In this document: positions 11,193 to 20,476 of the stretch, piece by piece | Position numbering within the stretch: the first letter of the stretch is position 1 | How the letters are laid out: every line of letters starts with the position of its first letter | DNA from: Candidatus Promineifilaceae bacterium | GTDB taxonomy: Bacteria; Chloroflexota; Anaerolineae; Promineifilales; Promineifilaceae | Assembly: GCA_050696115.1 (NCBI GenBank) | Contig: JBOGUG010000213.1 | Coordinates: 1-47,671, forward strand | Length of the DNA stretch: 47,671 bases | Direction: 5' to 3' | Made by a program: the position numbers and the translations under genes | The notes under the pieces: model-generated | Told to the model about the DNA's origin: nothing | What the model saw: the letters and a program-made list of their open reading frames with translations, nothing else | Database searches by the model: none

Positions 11193-11291
11193 GGCTGGGT
11201 GCGAGGCGCGGCCGCCGCGCCGGCAAGGTATGCGATTGGCAACTAGGCCGCCTGGCCAGCGGCCCCAACGTTTTGTTGAACTAGCCCGCCC

Positions 11292-11300
11292 AGTATAGCA
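11292..11300 (-). promoter_or_regulatory. candidate extended -10 element (TGcTATACT) upstream of dnaE
   Basis: The minus strand reads TGCTATACT about 95 nt upstream of dnaE ATG 11192, in the 140-nt spacer after the aor stop. There is no good -35. Confidence 0.3.
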
Positions 11301-11332
11301 TCGGCCGGGCGGCCGGGGTTGAAACTTTAAGG

Positions 11333-13318
11333 TTACGGCTGCGGCCAGCGTTGGTCCCGGCCGGCCTGCCCCTCGGCCGCCCAACCCAAGCCAACTGCCT
11401 CCAGCGTCTCCCGGCCGGGCGTGCCACTAGCGACATCCCAGCCGGCCTGGCGGTAATATTCGTCGGCCGCGGCCGCCATCTCGGCCTCGTCAAGCGCCAA
11501 GCCATCGGTGCGGCCGCCCTGGAGCGGCCGGCGGTAGAGCTTCTTGGGCAGGGTGTCCTGGTCGCGGTTCAGGCCCAGGCGGGCGTTCATGGCCCGCATC
11601 AGGTTGAGCCGTCGCTGGCCGTAGGCCTGAATGTCGGCCACGCTCACCTCCCAGCCGGTGGCGGCCGCCAGCAGATCGGCCATATCCTGCGGCCCGTAAA
11701 GCTGCCAGCTGGGCCCAAAGACGAACTGGCATACCGACAGCGTGTCGCTGGCACTGTAGTTGTACTGGGTCTTGAGGGCGAATTCTACCTTTTCGGGGTT
11801 CAAGGCCTTGGGGTGCTGGGGCGATTCCAGCCCGATCTGGGCCAGCATCCGCTTGTAGCCCGGCTTTTCGGGCGCGCCCTCGTACAGCTTGGGGTGGTAC
11901 ATCGGGTCGTGCTCGGAGGATTGATGGTCGGCCCCGAACGGATTGACGGCATAAATCAGCCCCAGGCTGCGCTTGACGTGGGGCATGTGGGCGGGCAGTT
12001 CCTGCCCCTTGACGGTCAGCAGAAAATCGTGACCCTTGCCCAGGCGGTCGGCCGCCTTGGCCGAGCCCAGCGCCAGCACGTCCCCGAATCCCTCGCGGCG
12101 CAGCGTGCGTTCCAGCATGGCGACCATGGCCTCGGCGTCGCCGAAGCGCAGGCTGATGCCGTCCGTCTCCTCGGCCGTCAACAGGCCGTGTTCGGTGCAC
12201 TCCATCGCCCAGGCCAGCGTCGCGCCGCACGAGATGGTGTCAACGCCGTACTGGTTGCAAAGTTGGTTGGCGTAGGCGATGGCGCCCAGGTCGTCCACGC
12301 CGCAGTACGAGCCGAAGGTAGCTATCGTTTCGTACTCGGGGCCGCCGTATTCCGGCCGTAGCGCCTGCTGGCGCCACTCCGATTCCACGACCCGCTTGCA
12401 GCGCACGGCGCAAGCGTAGCAGGTGTCCCGGCCGCGCCGGTCTTGTTTGCCCTCGGCCGCGCCGCGCAGAAGCTCGTCGTACAGCCTGGCCCCGCTGATG
12501 GCCTCGGCCGCTTCCAGGCTGGACATAACGCCGGAGTCCCAGTTGTTGGTGGGCAGGCCGCTGCTGCCGTAGTTGGCCATCACCGTGTCGGCCGTGCCGT
12601 ACTTGCCCAGGCTGGCAACGTCGCCGTTGGCCTCGATTCCGGCCGCGCCCTTGCGGGCCATGGCGACCACGGCCTTGAAGTCGGCCGGCTCGACTTTGCC
12701 CGTGCCTCGCACGGCGATGGCCTTAAGCCGCTTGCTTCCCATGACGGCGCCGACGCCGGTGCGGCCCCAAGCCCGGTTGCTCATGTTCATGACGGCGGCA
12801 AAGTTTGACTGCTTCTCGCCGGCCGGGCCGATTTGGGCGATCTCGATTTGGCGGTCGCCCAACTCCTCTTTGAGCAGCGTGTCTACCTCGTGCGTGAGTC
12901 GGCCCCAGAGGTGGGCGGCGTCGCGCAGCTCAGCCTGCCCATCATGGATCCACAGGTAAACGGGCCGGGGTGACGCGCCCTGGATGACGATAGCGTCGTA
13001 GCCGGCGAACTTGAGCTCGGCCGGCCAAAAGCCGCCCGCCTGACTATCGGCTACGCCGCCGCTGCTGGGCGACAGGCACGTCAGGCTACAACGGCTCTGG
13101 CCGCTGATCGGCAGCCCAGTGGTAGGGCTGAGGGCGAAGATCATCGGATTTTCAGGGCCGAGCGGGTCGGCGCCGGCCGGGGCCAAGCGCCACAAATAGT
13201 AGAGGCCCATCAAACTGCCGCCTAAATAATGGCGGTAAAACGCCTCCGGCGGGCACTCGTCGCGCAGGGCGCCGGCCGTCAGGTCAACGTGCAGGATCTT
13301 GCCGGTCATGCCGGGCAT
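11333..13318 (-). CDS. aor: tungsten-containing aldehyde:ferredoxin oxidoreductase (AOR family)
   Basis: The N-terminus GKILHVDLT is typical of AOR. The 4Fe-4S ligands CYACAVRC (CxxCxxxC) and a later VCQF are present. GGGAGG lies 5 nt upstream of ATG 13318, whereas the ORF-track start is 13363. Confidence 0.9.
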   Translation of the reverse strand: MPGMTGKILHVDLTAGALRDECPPEAFYRHYLGGSLMGLYYLWRLAPAGADPLGPENPMIFALSPTTGLPISGQSRCSLTCLSPSSGGVADSQAGGFWPAELKFAGYDAIVIQGASPRPVYLWIHDGQAELRDAAHLWGRLTHEVDTLLKEELGDRQIEIAQIGPAGEKQSNFAAVMNMSNRAWGRTGVGAVMGSKRLKAIAVRGTGKVEPADFKAVVAMARKGAAGIEANGDVASLGKYGTADTVMANYGSSGLPTNNWDSGVMSSLEAAEAISGARLYDELLRGAAEGKQDRRGRDTCYACAVRCKRVVESEWRQQALRPEYGGPEYETIATFGSYCGVDDLGAIAYANQLCNQYGVDTISCGATLAWAMECTEHGLLTAEETDGISLRFGDAEAMVAMLERTLRREGFGDVLALGSAKAADRLGKGHDFLLTVKGQELPAHMPHVKRSLGLIYAVNPFGADHQSSEHDPMYHPKLYEGAPEKPGYKRMLAQIGLESPQHPKALNPEKVEFALKTQYNYSASDTLSVCQFVFGPSWQLYGPQDMADLLAAATGWEVSVADIQAYGQRRLNLMRAMNARLGLNRDQDTLPKKLYRRPLQGGRTDGLALDEAEMAAAADEYYRQAGWDVASGTPGRETLEAVGLGWAAEGQAGRDQRWPQP

Positions 13319-14297
13319 AACTACCTCCCATCGTCCCAAGGCGCTCCGGCCGTTCCAGCTCAATTCTGCGCAGCCGGTAGAGCGTGTCTTGCGTTAATTG
13401 GCGGTGCTTGCTAATGATGTCCGCCTGGACACCCACCAAGAAAATAATCAGGCCGACCAGTGAAAGGCCGATGCCAAGGTTGAGCGATTGCAGGAAGCGG
13501 GTTGGGCCGCGCTGGTCAACCAAGAAGTAGTAGTAACCAAAGCGAGCCAGCAGAAATAGGCCGGCCAACAAGAAGGGCGCGGCCACGTAGGTGAAGGTGC
13601 GCAACGGCTCATAGAAGGCGTATAGGCGCAAGACCGTGCCGGCCTGGGCCTTGACGAAGTGCCAGCCACTGCGCTGCAGGCGTGACGGCCGGGTCGGCGC
13701 GTTGATGCGCACAGGCACGCTCAAGATGCGCATGCCGAGTTTGCCGGCCTGAATAATCGTCTCCAGGGTGTAACTGTAGCGGGTCAGGATGTTGAGGCGC
13801 AGGGCCGCCTCACGCGAATAGGCGCGAAAGCCGCTGGGCGCGTCGGGCACCTCCGTGCCGCTGACAGTGCGCACCAGCCAGCTGCCGGCCGCCTGAAACA
13901 GCTTCTTGAGGGGCGAGAAGTGGGTCAACTCCTGGATGCGGCGGTCAGCGATGACGATGTCGGCCCGGCCGGCCACAATAGGCGCCACCAAGTCGGGCAC
14001 GGCCGCGGCCGGGTATTGGGCATCGCCGTCGGTGTTGACGATGATGTCGGCCCCCAGCGCCAGGCAGGCGTCCAAGCCGGTGGCGAAAGCCCGTGCCAGC
14101 CCGAGATTGCGATGATGCCGCAGGATGTGATTCACGCCCAGCTGCTCGGCCACTTCAACGGTGTCATCCGTGCTGCCATCGTCCACGATCAGCGTCTCGA
14201 TGCCGCTAACGCCCGGAATGCGACCCGGCAGGCCGGCCAGTGCTTCAGCCAGCGTGTCGGCTTCGTTTAGGCAGGGTATCTGGAGGATTAACTTCAC
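13284..14297 (-). CDS. family 2 glycosyltransferase (polyprenol-phosphate sugar synthase-like) with C-terminal TM helices
   Basis: IPCLNE...LIVDDGSTDDT...NTDGDAQYP are GT2 motifs, followed by two hydrophobic C-terminal segments. The GTG start overlaps the stop of the upstream gene (GTGA at 14294..14297). Confidence 0.8.
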   Translation of the reverse strand: MKLILQIPCLNEADTLAEALAGLPGRIPGVSGIETLIVDDGSTDDTVEVAEQLGVNHILRHHRNLGLARAFATGLDACLALGADIIVNTDGDAQYPAAAVPDLVAPIVAGRADIVIADRRIQELTHFSPLKKLFQAAGSWLVRTVSGTEVPDAPSGFRAYSREAALRLNILTRYSYTLETIIQAGKLGMRILSVPVRINAPTRPSRLQRSGWHFVKAQAGTVLRLYAFYEPLRTFTYVAAPFLLAGLFLLARFGYYYFLVDQRGPTRFLQSLNLGIGLSLVGLIIFLVGVQADIISKHRQLTQDTLYRLRRIELERPERLGTMGGSYARHDRQDPAR

Positions 14298-14650
14298 GCC
14301 TGCCCGCTCCCGGGGCTGCTCTTCCTAGTGAGAAGGTCGTCAATTTCAAGCCAATGGAGGCCGGGCCACAGAAAGGGGTCAAGGTCTATGCGCAGCGTGT
14401 CGTCCACATCGACCCCCTCGGCGCGTAAAAGCTCGGCTTGCAGGCGGGCGCCATGCTCGCGGTTGACAATCGAAATCCGGCCGTAGGCGTTAACCACCCG
14501 CTGCCAGGGCACGTCAGCGTAGGCCGGGTCGCTGCGATGATCCTTCAGGGCGCGCAGCGCGTAGCCGACGGCGCGGGCCGCGTTGGGCGCGCCTAGCATG
14601 CTGGCGATCCGGCCGTAACTGGTCACCCTGCCGGCCGGAATCCGGCGCAC
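14294..14650 (-). CDS. atl: alkyltransferase-like protein (Atl/YbaZ family; MGMT DNA-binding domain without the acceptor Cys)
   Basis: RIPAGRVTSYGRIA...NAARAVGYAL...PWQRVVNAYGRIS. The PCHR active site is replaced by PWQR (nt 14498..14509), as in E. coli YbaZ (PWHR). The frame stays open upstream (FYEQVYAVV), so the true start may be a non-ATG codon upstream of 14650. Confidence 0.8.
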   Translation of the reverse strand: MRRIPAGRVTSYGRIASMLGAPNAARAVGYALRALKDHRSDPAYADVPWQRVVNAYGRISIVNREHGARLQAELLRAEGVDVDDTLRIDLDPFLWPGLHWLEIDDLLTRKSSPGSGQA

Positions 14651-14714
14651 GACGGCGTAAACCTGCTCGTAGAAATTCAGCGCCTGATGCCGACCCCTTG
14701 CTCCAGGCCGGCCG

Positions 14715-15467
14715 TCATCCAGCCAGCAGCGAGGCTGCGGCCGGGTCGAGCAGCCAGGTCAACCGGCCGGCGGCCGGCTGCAAGCGTTGGGCCGGCCAGC
14801 GCTCAGATTGGCCCCGGGCGTTGAGGCTGCCCCGGACAGCCTCGGCCTTGGCCTCGCCCGTGACCAGGAAGAGGATGTGGCGGGCTGTGTTCATTGACAA
14901 CGGGGTCAGGGTTAGGCGGGCGTGGGGCTTGTCGGCCCGCTCGGCCGAGACGGCCATCACCGGCCGGGTCAGCTCTTTGGGCGAGATGGGGCCCGGAAAG
15001 AGAGAGGCCGTGTGGCCGTCTTCGCCCAGGCCCATCAGCATCATGTCGAAGACCGGCCAGGGGTGGTCATGTTCGCGGAACATGGCCAACTCATCAGTGC
15101 AAGCCTCGGCGGCCGCGCCCGGCTCAAGCTCGCCCATCATGCGGTGCACCCGCGCCGGCATCAGCGGCAGTTGATCCAGGAGCAACTCCTTCGCCATGCG
15201 GTAGTTGCTGTCCTCGTGGTCGGGCGGAACACAGCGTTCGTCGCTCCAAAAAAAGTGGACGGCGCCCCAGGCCAGTTGGTCGCAGTATGGCGGCCGCGCC
15301 AGGCGGCGAAAGAGCGGTCGGGGCGCCCGGCCGCCCGACAGAACCAAACAGAAATGGCCGCGCCCGGCCGTAGCCTCGCGCAGGGCGGCCGCGATGATCT
15401 CGGCCGCCTCAACCTCCGGCTGCTCTCTGACGACGACCTCGACTTCGGCCGATAAGGGACTGGTCAT
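14715..15467 (-). CDS. pgl: 6-phosphogluconolactonase
   Basis: LSGGRAP, FFWSDERCVPPDHEDSNY and LMGLGEDGHTASLFPG motifs. AGGAG lies upstream of ATG 15467, whereas the ORF-track start is 15518. Confidence 0.85.
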   Translation of the reverse strand: MTSPLSAEVEVVVREQPEVEAAEIIAAALREATAGRGHFCLVLSGGRAPRPLFRRLARPPYCDQLAWGAVHFFWSDERCVPPDHEDSNYRMAKELLLDQLPLMPARVHRMMGELEPGAAAEACTDELAMFREHDHPWPVFDMMLMGLGEDGHTASLFPGPISPKELTRPVMAVSAERADKPHARLTLTPLSMNTARHILFLVTGEAKAEAVRGSLNARGQSERWPAQRLQPAAGRLTWLLDPAAASLLAG

Positions 15468-15557
15468 AGAGCTCCTCTCGCAGGTTGGGCTTCGAACATA
15501 GACATTTCCATTATACACAATGGCTGCGGCCGCGTGTATGGCGACTGCAACGCCCTT

Positions 15558-15586
15558 TTGCCCTGGTATGGCTCATGTGCTATAAA
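15558..15586 (+). promoter_or_regulatory. candidate sigma70-type promoter of the nuo operon
   Basis: TTGCCC (15558..15563), a 17-nt spacer, then TATAAA (15581..15586) preceded by TGc (extended -10). It sits in a locally AT-richer divergent spacer between pgl and nuoA. Confidence 0.4.
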
Positions 15587-15632
15587 TCTATGGGATAGAT
15601 TTCACAATCACCGTTGCAGGGGATTACTCCAT

Positions 15633-15989
15633 ATGCTCAGCGACTGGCAGTTTATCGGCATCTACGCCGCCATCGCCGCCGTCTTCCCAGGCCTGCCAAT
15701 ACTCATCTCGCGCTTCATCAGCCCGCGCAAGCCCAACCCCATTAAGCAGGCAACTTACGAATGTGGCATCGAGACCGTAGGCGACACGTGGATTCAGTTC
15801 AAAGTCCAGTACTACATCTTCGCCCTGGTCTTTGTGATTTTCGACGTTGAGGCCGTGTTCTTGTTCCCAATCGCCGCCGCCTTCGACCAGATCGGCCTAT
15901 TCGCCGTCTTTGAAGTCATCCTCTTTGTCGCCATCCTGGCAGTCGGCTTAGCATACGCCTGGCGCCGCGGCGCCCTGGAGTGGGTCTAG
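15633..15989 (+). CDS. nuoA: NADH-quinone oxidoreductase subunit A
   Basis: PNPIKQATYECGIE...QFKVQYYIFALVFVIFDVEAVFLFP. ATG 15633 is chosen over the ORF-track start 15534, whose extra 33 residues are not NuoA-like. Confidence 0.9.
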   Translation: MLSDWQFIGIYAAIAAVFPGLPILISRFISPRKPNPIKQATYECGIETVGDTWIQFKVQYYIFALVFVIFDVEAVFLFPIAAAFDQIGLFAVFEVILFVAILAVGLAYAWRRGALEWV

Positions 15990-16023
15990 GCGCAGCGCGG
16001 CTGCCTGAGGCCCGGAGCACGTT

Positions 16024-17271
16024 ATGGCTGGTGTGATCGAGTTCCTGGAAAGTCTGCTGAACCTGCGGCTGGGCGACTACCTGCGCGAGACCTGGGCCGC
16101 CAGCATGCCGGCCGGGCTGATCGAAGTGATCATTGACCTGGTGGGGGTCGTCACGGTGGCCACTTTTTGCCTGCTGATCGTGCTCCTGCTGATCTGGTTG
16201 GAGCGCAAGGTGGTGGCCCGCATCCAGGATCGCATCGGCCCCAACCGGGTCGGCGGCCGGTATGGCCTGCTCCAATCGCTGGCCGACGCTCTTAAGCTGT
16301 TGACCAAGGAGGACATTACGCCTTCCGGGGCCGACAAACTGGCCTTTAACGTGGCCCCGATTGCCATCGTCATTTTCGCCCTTTTGCTTTGGGCAGTCGT
16401 ACCCTTCGCGCCCGGTTTTTCCGGCACGGACCTGAATATTGGCCTGTTTTACATCCTGGCGATCAGCTCGGCTTCGGTTGTCGCCATATTGTTGGCCGGC
16501 TGGGGCTCGAACAACAAGTACGCCCTGCTGGGCGCCTTCCGGGCTGTGGCCCAGCTTGTCAGCTACGAAGTGCCGTTGGTGATGGCGCTGCTGATCCCCA
16601 TCATCCTGGCCAGCTCGATGTCGCTCGCTGGGATCATCGAGGCCCAATCCATCTGGTTCGTTTTCGTGGCGCCGCTTTCGGCGCTGATTTTCATGATTGG
16701 GGCGCTGGCTGAGCTCGGCCGGACGCCGTTTGACCTGCTTGAGGCCGAGTCGGAGATCGTCGCCGGCTACCACACCGAATATAGCGGCATGAAGTTCGCC
16801 ATGTTCTTCCTGGCGGAGTTCATGAATTCGCTGTTCATGTCGGCTCTGTTCGCCATCGTTTATCTGGGCGGCTGGCGCGGGCCGGCGGCCGAACAGGTTC
16901 CATTGCTCGGTTTGGTTTACTTCTTGTTGAAGACGTTTTTCGTCTATATGCTTGTAATCTGGATCCGGGGCACCTTTCCACGCGTGCGGATCGATCAGCT
17001 GCTCAACTTCAACTGGAAGTTTCTCGTGCCATTAACCCTGCTGCTCATCCTGCTGGTGGCGGTCGTAGAGAAATTACTGCCGGCCGGTGTGTCGCCATTG
17101 CTGCGGGCGGGCGTCCACGCGGCCAGCCAGATCTTCCTGGCTTGGGCTGCCCTGGCCTTCGCCCGCCGCTATGCTCGCCGCCAGCGGCTGATGGGCGAGT
17201 CGCCCCTGCCCGATGCAGCGGCGGCAATTTCGGCCGCGGATGACGAACAGGCCCTGGCGACGGCTCACTAG
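16024..17271 (+). CDS. nuoH: NADH-quinone oxidoreductase subunit H (415 aa, with a C-terminal extension of about 65 aa)
   Basis: WLERKVVARIQDRIGPNRVGGRYGLLQSLADALKLLTKED, AELGRTPFDLLEAESEIVAGYHTEYSGMKFAMFFLAEF. GGAG lies upstream of the ATG. Confidence 0.95.
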   Translation: MAGVIEFLESLLNLRLGDYLRETWAASMPAGLIEVIIDLVGVVTVATFCLLIVLLLIWLERKVVARIQDRIGPNRVGGRYGLLQSLADALKLLTKEDITPSGADKLAFNVAPIAIVIFALLLWAVVPFAPGFSGTDLNIGLFYILAISSASVVAILLAGWGSNNKYALLGAFRAVAQLVSYEVPLVMALLIPIILASSMSLAGIIEAQSIWFVFVAPLSALIFMIGALAELGRTPFDLLEAESEIVAGYHTEYSGMKFAMFFLAEFMNSLFMSALFAIVYLGGWRGPAAEQVPLLGLVYFLLKTFFVYMLVIWIRGTFPRVRIDQLLNFNWKFLVPLTLLLILLVAVVEKLLPAGVSPLLRAGVHAASQIFLAWAALAFARRYARRQRLMGESPLPDAAAAISAADDEQALATAH

Positions 17272-17355
17272 CACGTAACTGAGCGGCCGATTGCACCTTT
17301 TTTGACCCAGGTGGGGCGCGCCGCAGTGCGCCTTGGCTAGAGACGAACCCTGCCT

Positions 17356-17883
17356 ATGAGCGCTCAACAACTGATTTTTATCCTGATCAGCGCCCTGACC
17401 CTGGGGACAGCCCTGTTGGTGGTCGTGGACCGGAATCTGTTCCGGGCTGCTATCGCCCTGATGGGCTCCTTTCTGGGCGTGGCCGGTCTGTACGTCTTGT
17501 TAGAGGCCGGCTTTCTGGCGGCCGCTCAGCTACTGGTCTACATCGGGGCGATTTCCATCCTGATTATCTTCGCCATTATGATGACGCGGCGCCTGATGCA
17601 GACCACCGAGTCGCCCTTCAACGCCCAGCCCTTCTGGGGACTGGCCGCGGCCGCGGCCGTGTTCCTGCTGCTGGCGGTGGTCATCCTGCGCACTTGGCCC
17701 AGTGAGGCCTTCCCGGCCGCCCCGGAGCTGCCGGCCGAGGCGTTGCGCGGCAGCGTGCAACAACTGGGCGCGGCGCTGGTCGGCCCGCAAGCCTATGTCC
17801 TGCCATTTGAGCTCGCCTCCGTCCTGTTGCTGGCAGCCCTAATCGGCTCTATTATCATCGCCTGGCCGGAGAGGGAACGATGA
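17356..17883 (+). CDS. nuoJ: NADH-quinone oxidoreductase subunit J
   Basis: 175 aa. LLEAGFLAAAQLLVYIGAISILIIFAIMM is typical of NuoJ TM3. It overlaps nuoK by ATGA. Confidence 0.9.
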   Translation: MSAQQLIFILISALTLGTALLVVVDRNLFRAAIALMGSFLGVAGLYVLLEAGFLAAAQLLVYIGAISILIIFAIMMTRRLMQTTESPFNAQPFWGLAAAAAVFLLLAVVILRTWPSEAFPAAPELPAEALRGSVQQLGAALVGPQAYVLPFELASVLLLAALIGSIIIAWPERER

Positions 17884-18188
17884 TCCCGCTATCGTGGTAT
17901 CTGCTCGTCGCCGCCCTGCTATTTTCCATCGGCCTGTACGGGGTGATGGCGCGCCGAAACGCCGTTGCCATCCTGATGTCCATTGAGCTGATGCTCAACG
18001 CCGTCAACATTAACCTGCTGGCCTTCTGGCGCTATCGCACGCCCGACCGGCCGATCGGCCTGGCCTGGGCGGTGTTTGTCCTGACCGTGGCGGCGGCCGA
18101 GGCGGCTGTCGGTTTGGCGCTGATCATCGCCGTCTACCGCAACCGCGATTCGGTTGTCGCCGAGGATCTGGACACGCTGAAGTATTAG
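17880..18188 (+). CDS. nuoK: NADH-quinone oxidoreductase subunit K
   Basis: 102 aa with three TM helices. The motifs SIELMLNAVNINLLAF and AAEAAVGLALI are present. Confidence 0.9.
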   Translation: MIPLSWYLLVAALLFSIGLYGVMARRNAVAILMSIELMLNAVNINLLAFWRYRTPDRPIGLAWAVFVLTVAAAEAAVGLALIIAVYRNRDSVVAEDLDTLKY

Positions 18189-18213
18189 CCCGGCGCGCTT
18201 TGAGGTTCGCTGC

Positions 18214-20469
18214 ATGACTGAGGAGACGCTGACCTTGATGACCTGGCTGATCCCGGCCGGCCCGCTGCTGGCCTTCTTTTTGATCGTGCTGGTCACCAAC
18301 CGCAACAAGACGCTCAGTTGGTTGCTCGCCTGGGCTGGGGTCTTCAGCTCGCTGATCCTGGGCTGGGGCGTGGCGGGCCAGGCCATCGGCCGCTTCCTGG
18401 CTGGCGGCACCGAGGAGCTGGCCGAGCAGCCGACCTTCATCAGCAGCGCGCTGACCTGGCTGCCGGTGGACGGGGCCCGCCAGTGGCTCCAGATGGGCGT
18501 GGCAGTGGACGCTTTCACGGCCGTCATGCTGATCATGGTGCCCTTCGCCTCAGCCATGATCTTCGTTTACAGCGTAGGCTATCACCGCTGGGGCCAGGGG
18601 GCCGGCAGCCATCCGGTGCGCGGCAAGCCGAATCACGACGGCGTGGAGCCGCTTTTCTCACGCTTCTTCGCCTTCATGAGCCTGTTTGCGGGCTCGATGT
18701 TGCTGCTGGTGGTGGCCGACAATCTGCTGCTGGTGTTCGTCGGTTGGGAACTGATGGGCCTGTGCTCTTACCTGCTGATCGGCTTCTGGTACGCCAGGAG
18801 GTACCCGGAAGGCGGCCCGCTGCCGCCGCGCACAGCGGCCGTCAAGGCCTTTATGACCACCCGCATCGGCGATGTGATCATGCTGCTGGGCATCGTCTAC
18901 TTCTACCGTGTGTTTGGCACGTTGAATTTTTCCCAGGCGCTGAGCGCCGAAGGGCTGGCGGCCGCGGCCGAAGCGGTGGGCCCGGCCGCGCTGGGCGTGA
19001 TGGCGCTGCTGCTCTTCGCCGGCACGGTGGGAAAATCCGCTCAATGGCCGCTGCACGTCTGGCTGCCCGACGCGATGGAAGGGCCGACGCCGGTCAGCGC
19101 CGTGATCCATGCGGCCGCCATGGTTTCGGCCGGCGTCTACCTGATCGCCCGGCTCTTCCCTTTGATTGCAGTGGGCGTAGAGGGGCTGCCGGCGGCCGGG
19201 GTGGTCATTGGCCTCGTCGGGGCTTTCACGGCGCTCATGGCTGCCACCATCGCGCTGGCCCAGAACGACGTCAAACGGGTGCTGGCCTACTCGACCATCT
19301 CGCAATTGGGCTACATGGTGGCGGCGATCGGCATCGGGGCGTACATCGCGGCCGTCTTTCACCTCATTACTCACGCCTTTTTCAAGGCGCTTCTGTTCTT
19401 GGGCTCCGGTTCGATCATCCACGGCATGGAACATGGCGCCAACGAGCTTCACGACCACCATACCGACCCCCAGGACATGAGCAACATGGGCGGCTTGCGC
19501 CAGCGCATGCCCTGGACGTTTGTCACTTTTGTGGTCGGCGGCCTGGCCCTGTCGGGTTTCCCGATCATCACGGCCGGCTTCTGGTCGAAAGACGAGATTC
19601 TGGCCGAGGCCTGGTTCCAGGGCACGCATGGCGCGGGCCTGGCGATGCTGGTCTTCTGGATGTTGGCTATCGCCGCCCTGCTGACCGCCTTTTACACCAT
19701 GCGCCAGATTTCGCTGGTGTTCCTCGGCCGGCCGCGCACGCCGCTGGCTGAGCACGCCCACGAGAGCAACTGGTTCATGCTCGTCCCCTTGTTGCTGCTG
19801 GCTGTCTTTGCCCTGGGGGCCGGCTGGGCGGGCATTCCGGAGGAGTTCCCGATTTTTGGCCCGCTGGTGAACAACAACTACTTCCACCACTTCGTGGGCA
19901 CGACGGTTGAGGCAGGCCTGCACACTCTGGAGGGGGAGGGGCTGGTGGCGCACTCCCTGGAGACGCTGCCGTTCCAGGTTTTCCCCCTGTTGGTCTCGCT
20001 GGTGGTGGCGTTGGGCGGCCTGGCGGCCGGCTACTGGGTTTACGGCCGCGAGCCACTCGCCCGAGCCGACCAGCCCGACCCACTGGCAGAGCCGCTGGGC
20101 GGGGCCTACGCTTTCCTGAAGAACAAATGGTACTGGGACGAGCTGTACGAGCGGCTGTTCGTGCGGCCGACGAGAGAGGTATCCGAAGAGGTCGTTTACG
20201 CCTTCGTGGATCGCGGCCTGATTGACGGCGGCCTGCATCTTATCGGCCGGCTCTTCTTCACCGCTGGCCAATACGCGAAGCGCTTTGAAGAGGTGGTCAT
20301 CAGCGGGGGCGTAGACTGGCTGAAGGATCGCGTGTTGGCCGCCGCTCAGGAGTTCCGCGCCATCCAGACCGGCAAGATCCAGGAGTACGTTCTGGTGTCG
20401 GTGCTAATCGGCTGGGCGCTGGCGGTTGTGGTGCTGCTGATTAATTCCGGCCTGCTGGACGGGGTGTAG
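18214..20469 (+). CDS. nuoL: NADH-quinone oxidoreductase subunit L, elongated (751 aa)
   Basis: GWELMGLCSYLLIGFW, GKSAQWPLHVWLPDAMEGPTPVSAVIHAAAMV and FWSKDEIL motifs. The C-terminal lateral-helix region runs IDGG...QTGKIQEY and is followed by a final TM helix. Confidence 0.95.
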   Translation: MTEETLTLMTWLIPAGPLLAFFLIVLVTNRNKTLSWLLAWAGVFSSLILGWGVAGQAIGRFLAGGTEELAEQPTFISSALTWLPVDGARQWLQMGVAVDAFTAVMLIMVPFASAMIFVYSVGYHRWGQGAGSHPVRGKPNHDGVEPLFSRFFAFMSLFAGSMLLLVVADNLLLVFVGWELMGLCSYLLIGFWYARRYPEGGPLPPRTAAVKAFMTTRIGDVIMLLGIVYFYRVFGTLNFSQALSAEGLAAAAEAVGPAALGVMALLLFAGTVGKSAQWPLHVWLPDAMEGPTPVSAVIHAAAMVSAGVYLIARLFPLIAVGVEGLPAAGVVIGLVGAFTALMAATIALAQNDVKRVLAYSTISQLGYMVAAIGIGAYIAAVFHLITHAFFKALLFLGSGSIIHGMEHGANELHDHHTDPQDMSNMGGLRQRMPWTFVTFVVGGLALSGFPIITAGFWSKDEILAEAWFQGTHGAGLAMLVFWMLAIAALLTAFYTMRQISLVFLGRPRTPLAEHAHESNWFMLVPLLLLAVFALGAGWAGIPEEFPIFGPLVNNNYFHHFVGTTVEAGLHTLEGEGLVAHSLETLPFQVFPLLVSLVVALGGLAAGYWVYGREPLARADQPDPLAEPLGGAYAFLKNKWYWDELYERLFVRPTREVSEEVVYAFVDRGLIDGGLHLIGRLFFTAGQYAKRFEEVVISGGVDWLKDRVLAAAQEFRAIQTGKIQEYVLVSVLIGWALAVVVLLINSGLLDGV

Positions 20470-20476
20470 CGCGACA

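Noticed and set aside
11193-11384. 64-aa N-terminal extension of the dnaE ORF
   Set aside because: The extension is Arg/Gly/Pro-rich and not polymerase-like. The conserved PHP-domain start follows the internal Met at 11192, and a promoter-like element lies within the supposed extension.
17272-17355. Possible nuoI remnant in the nuoH-nuoJ gap
   Set aside because: The gap is only 84 nt. No frame encodes CxxCxxCxxxCP ferredoxin-type motifs, and the NuoH C-terminal extension contains no Cys. I conclude that nuoI is genuinely absent here.
18658-20271. 537-aa minus-strand ORF inside nuoL
   Set aside because: It is a shadow ORF opposite an unambiguous NuoL frame, with His/Arg/Gln/Gly-rich low-complexity translation. 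The same reasoning applies to 15916..16773 (opposite nuoA/nuoH), 24982..26028 and 26029..26793 (opposite nuoN and the atp genes), 22750..23490, and the many plus-strand ORFs inside secA (e.g. 466..1689, 1771..2610, 3142..3906).
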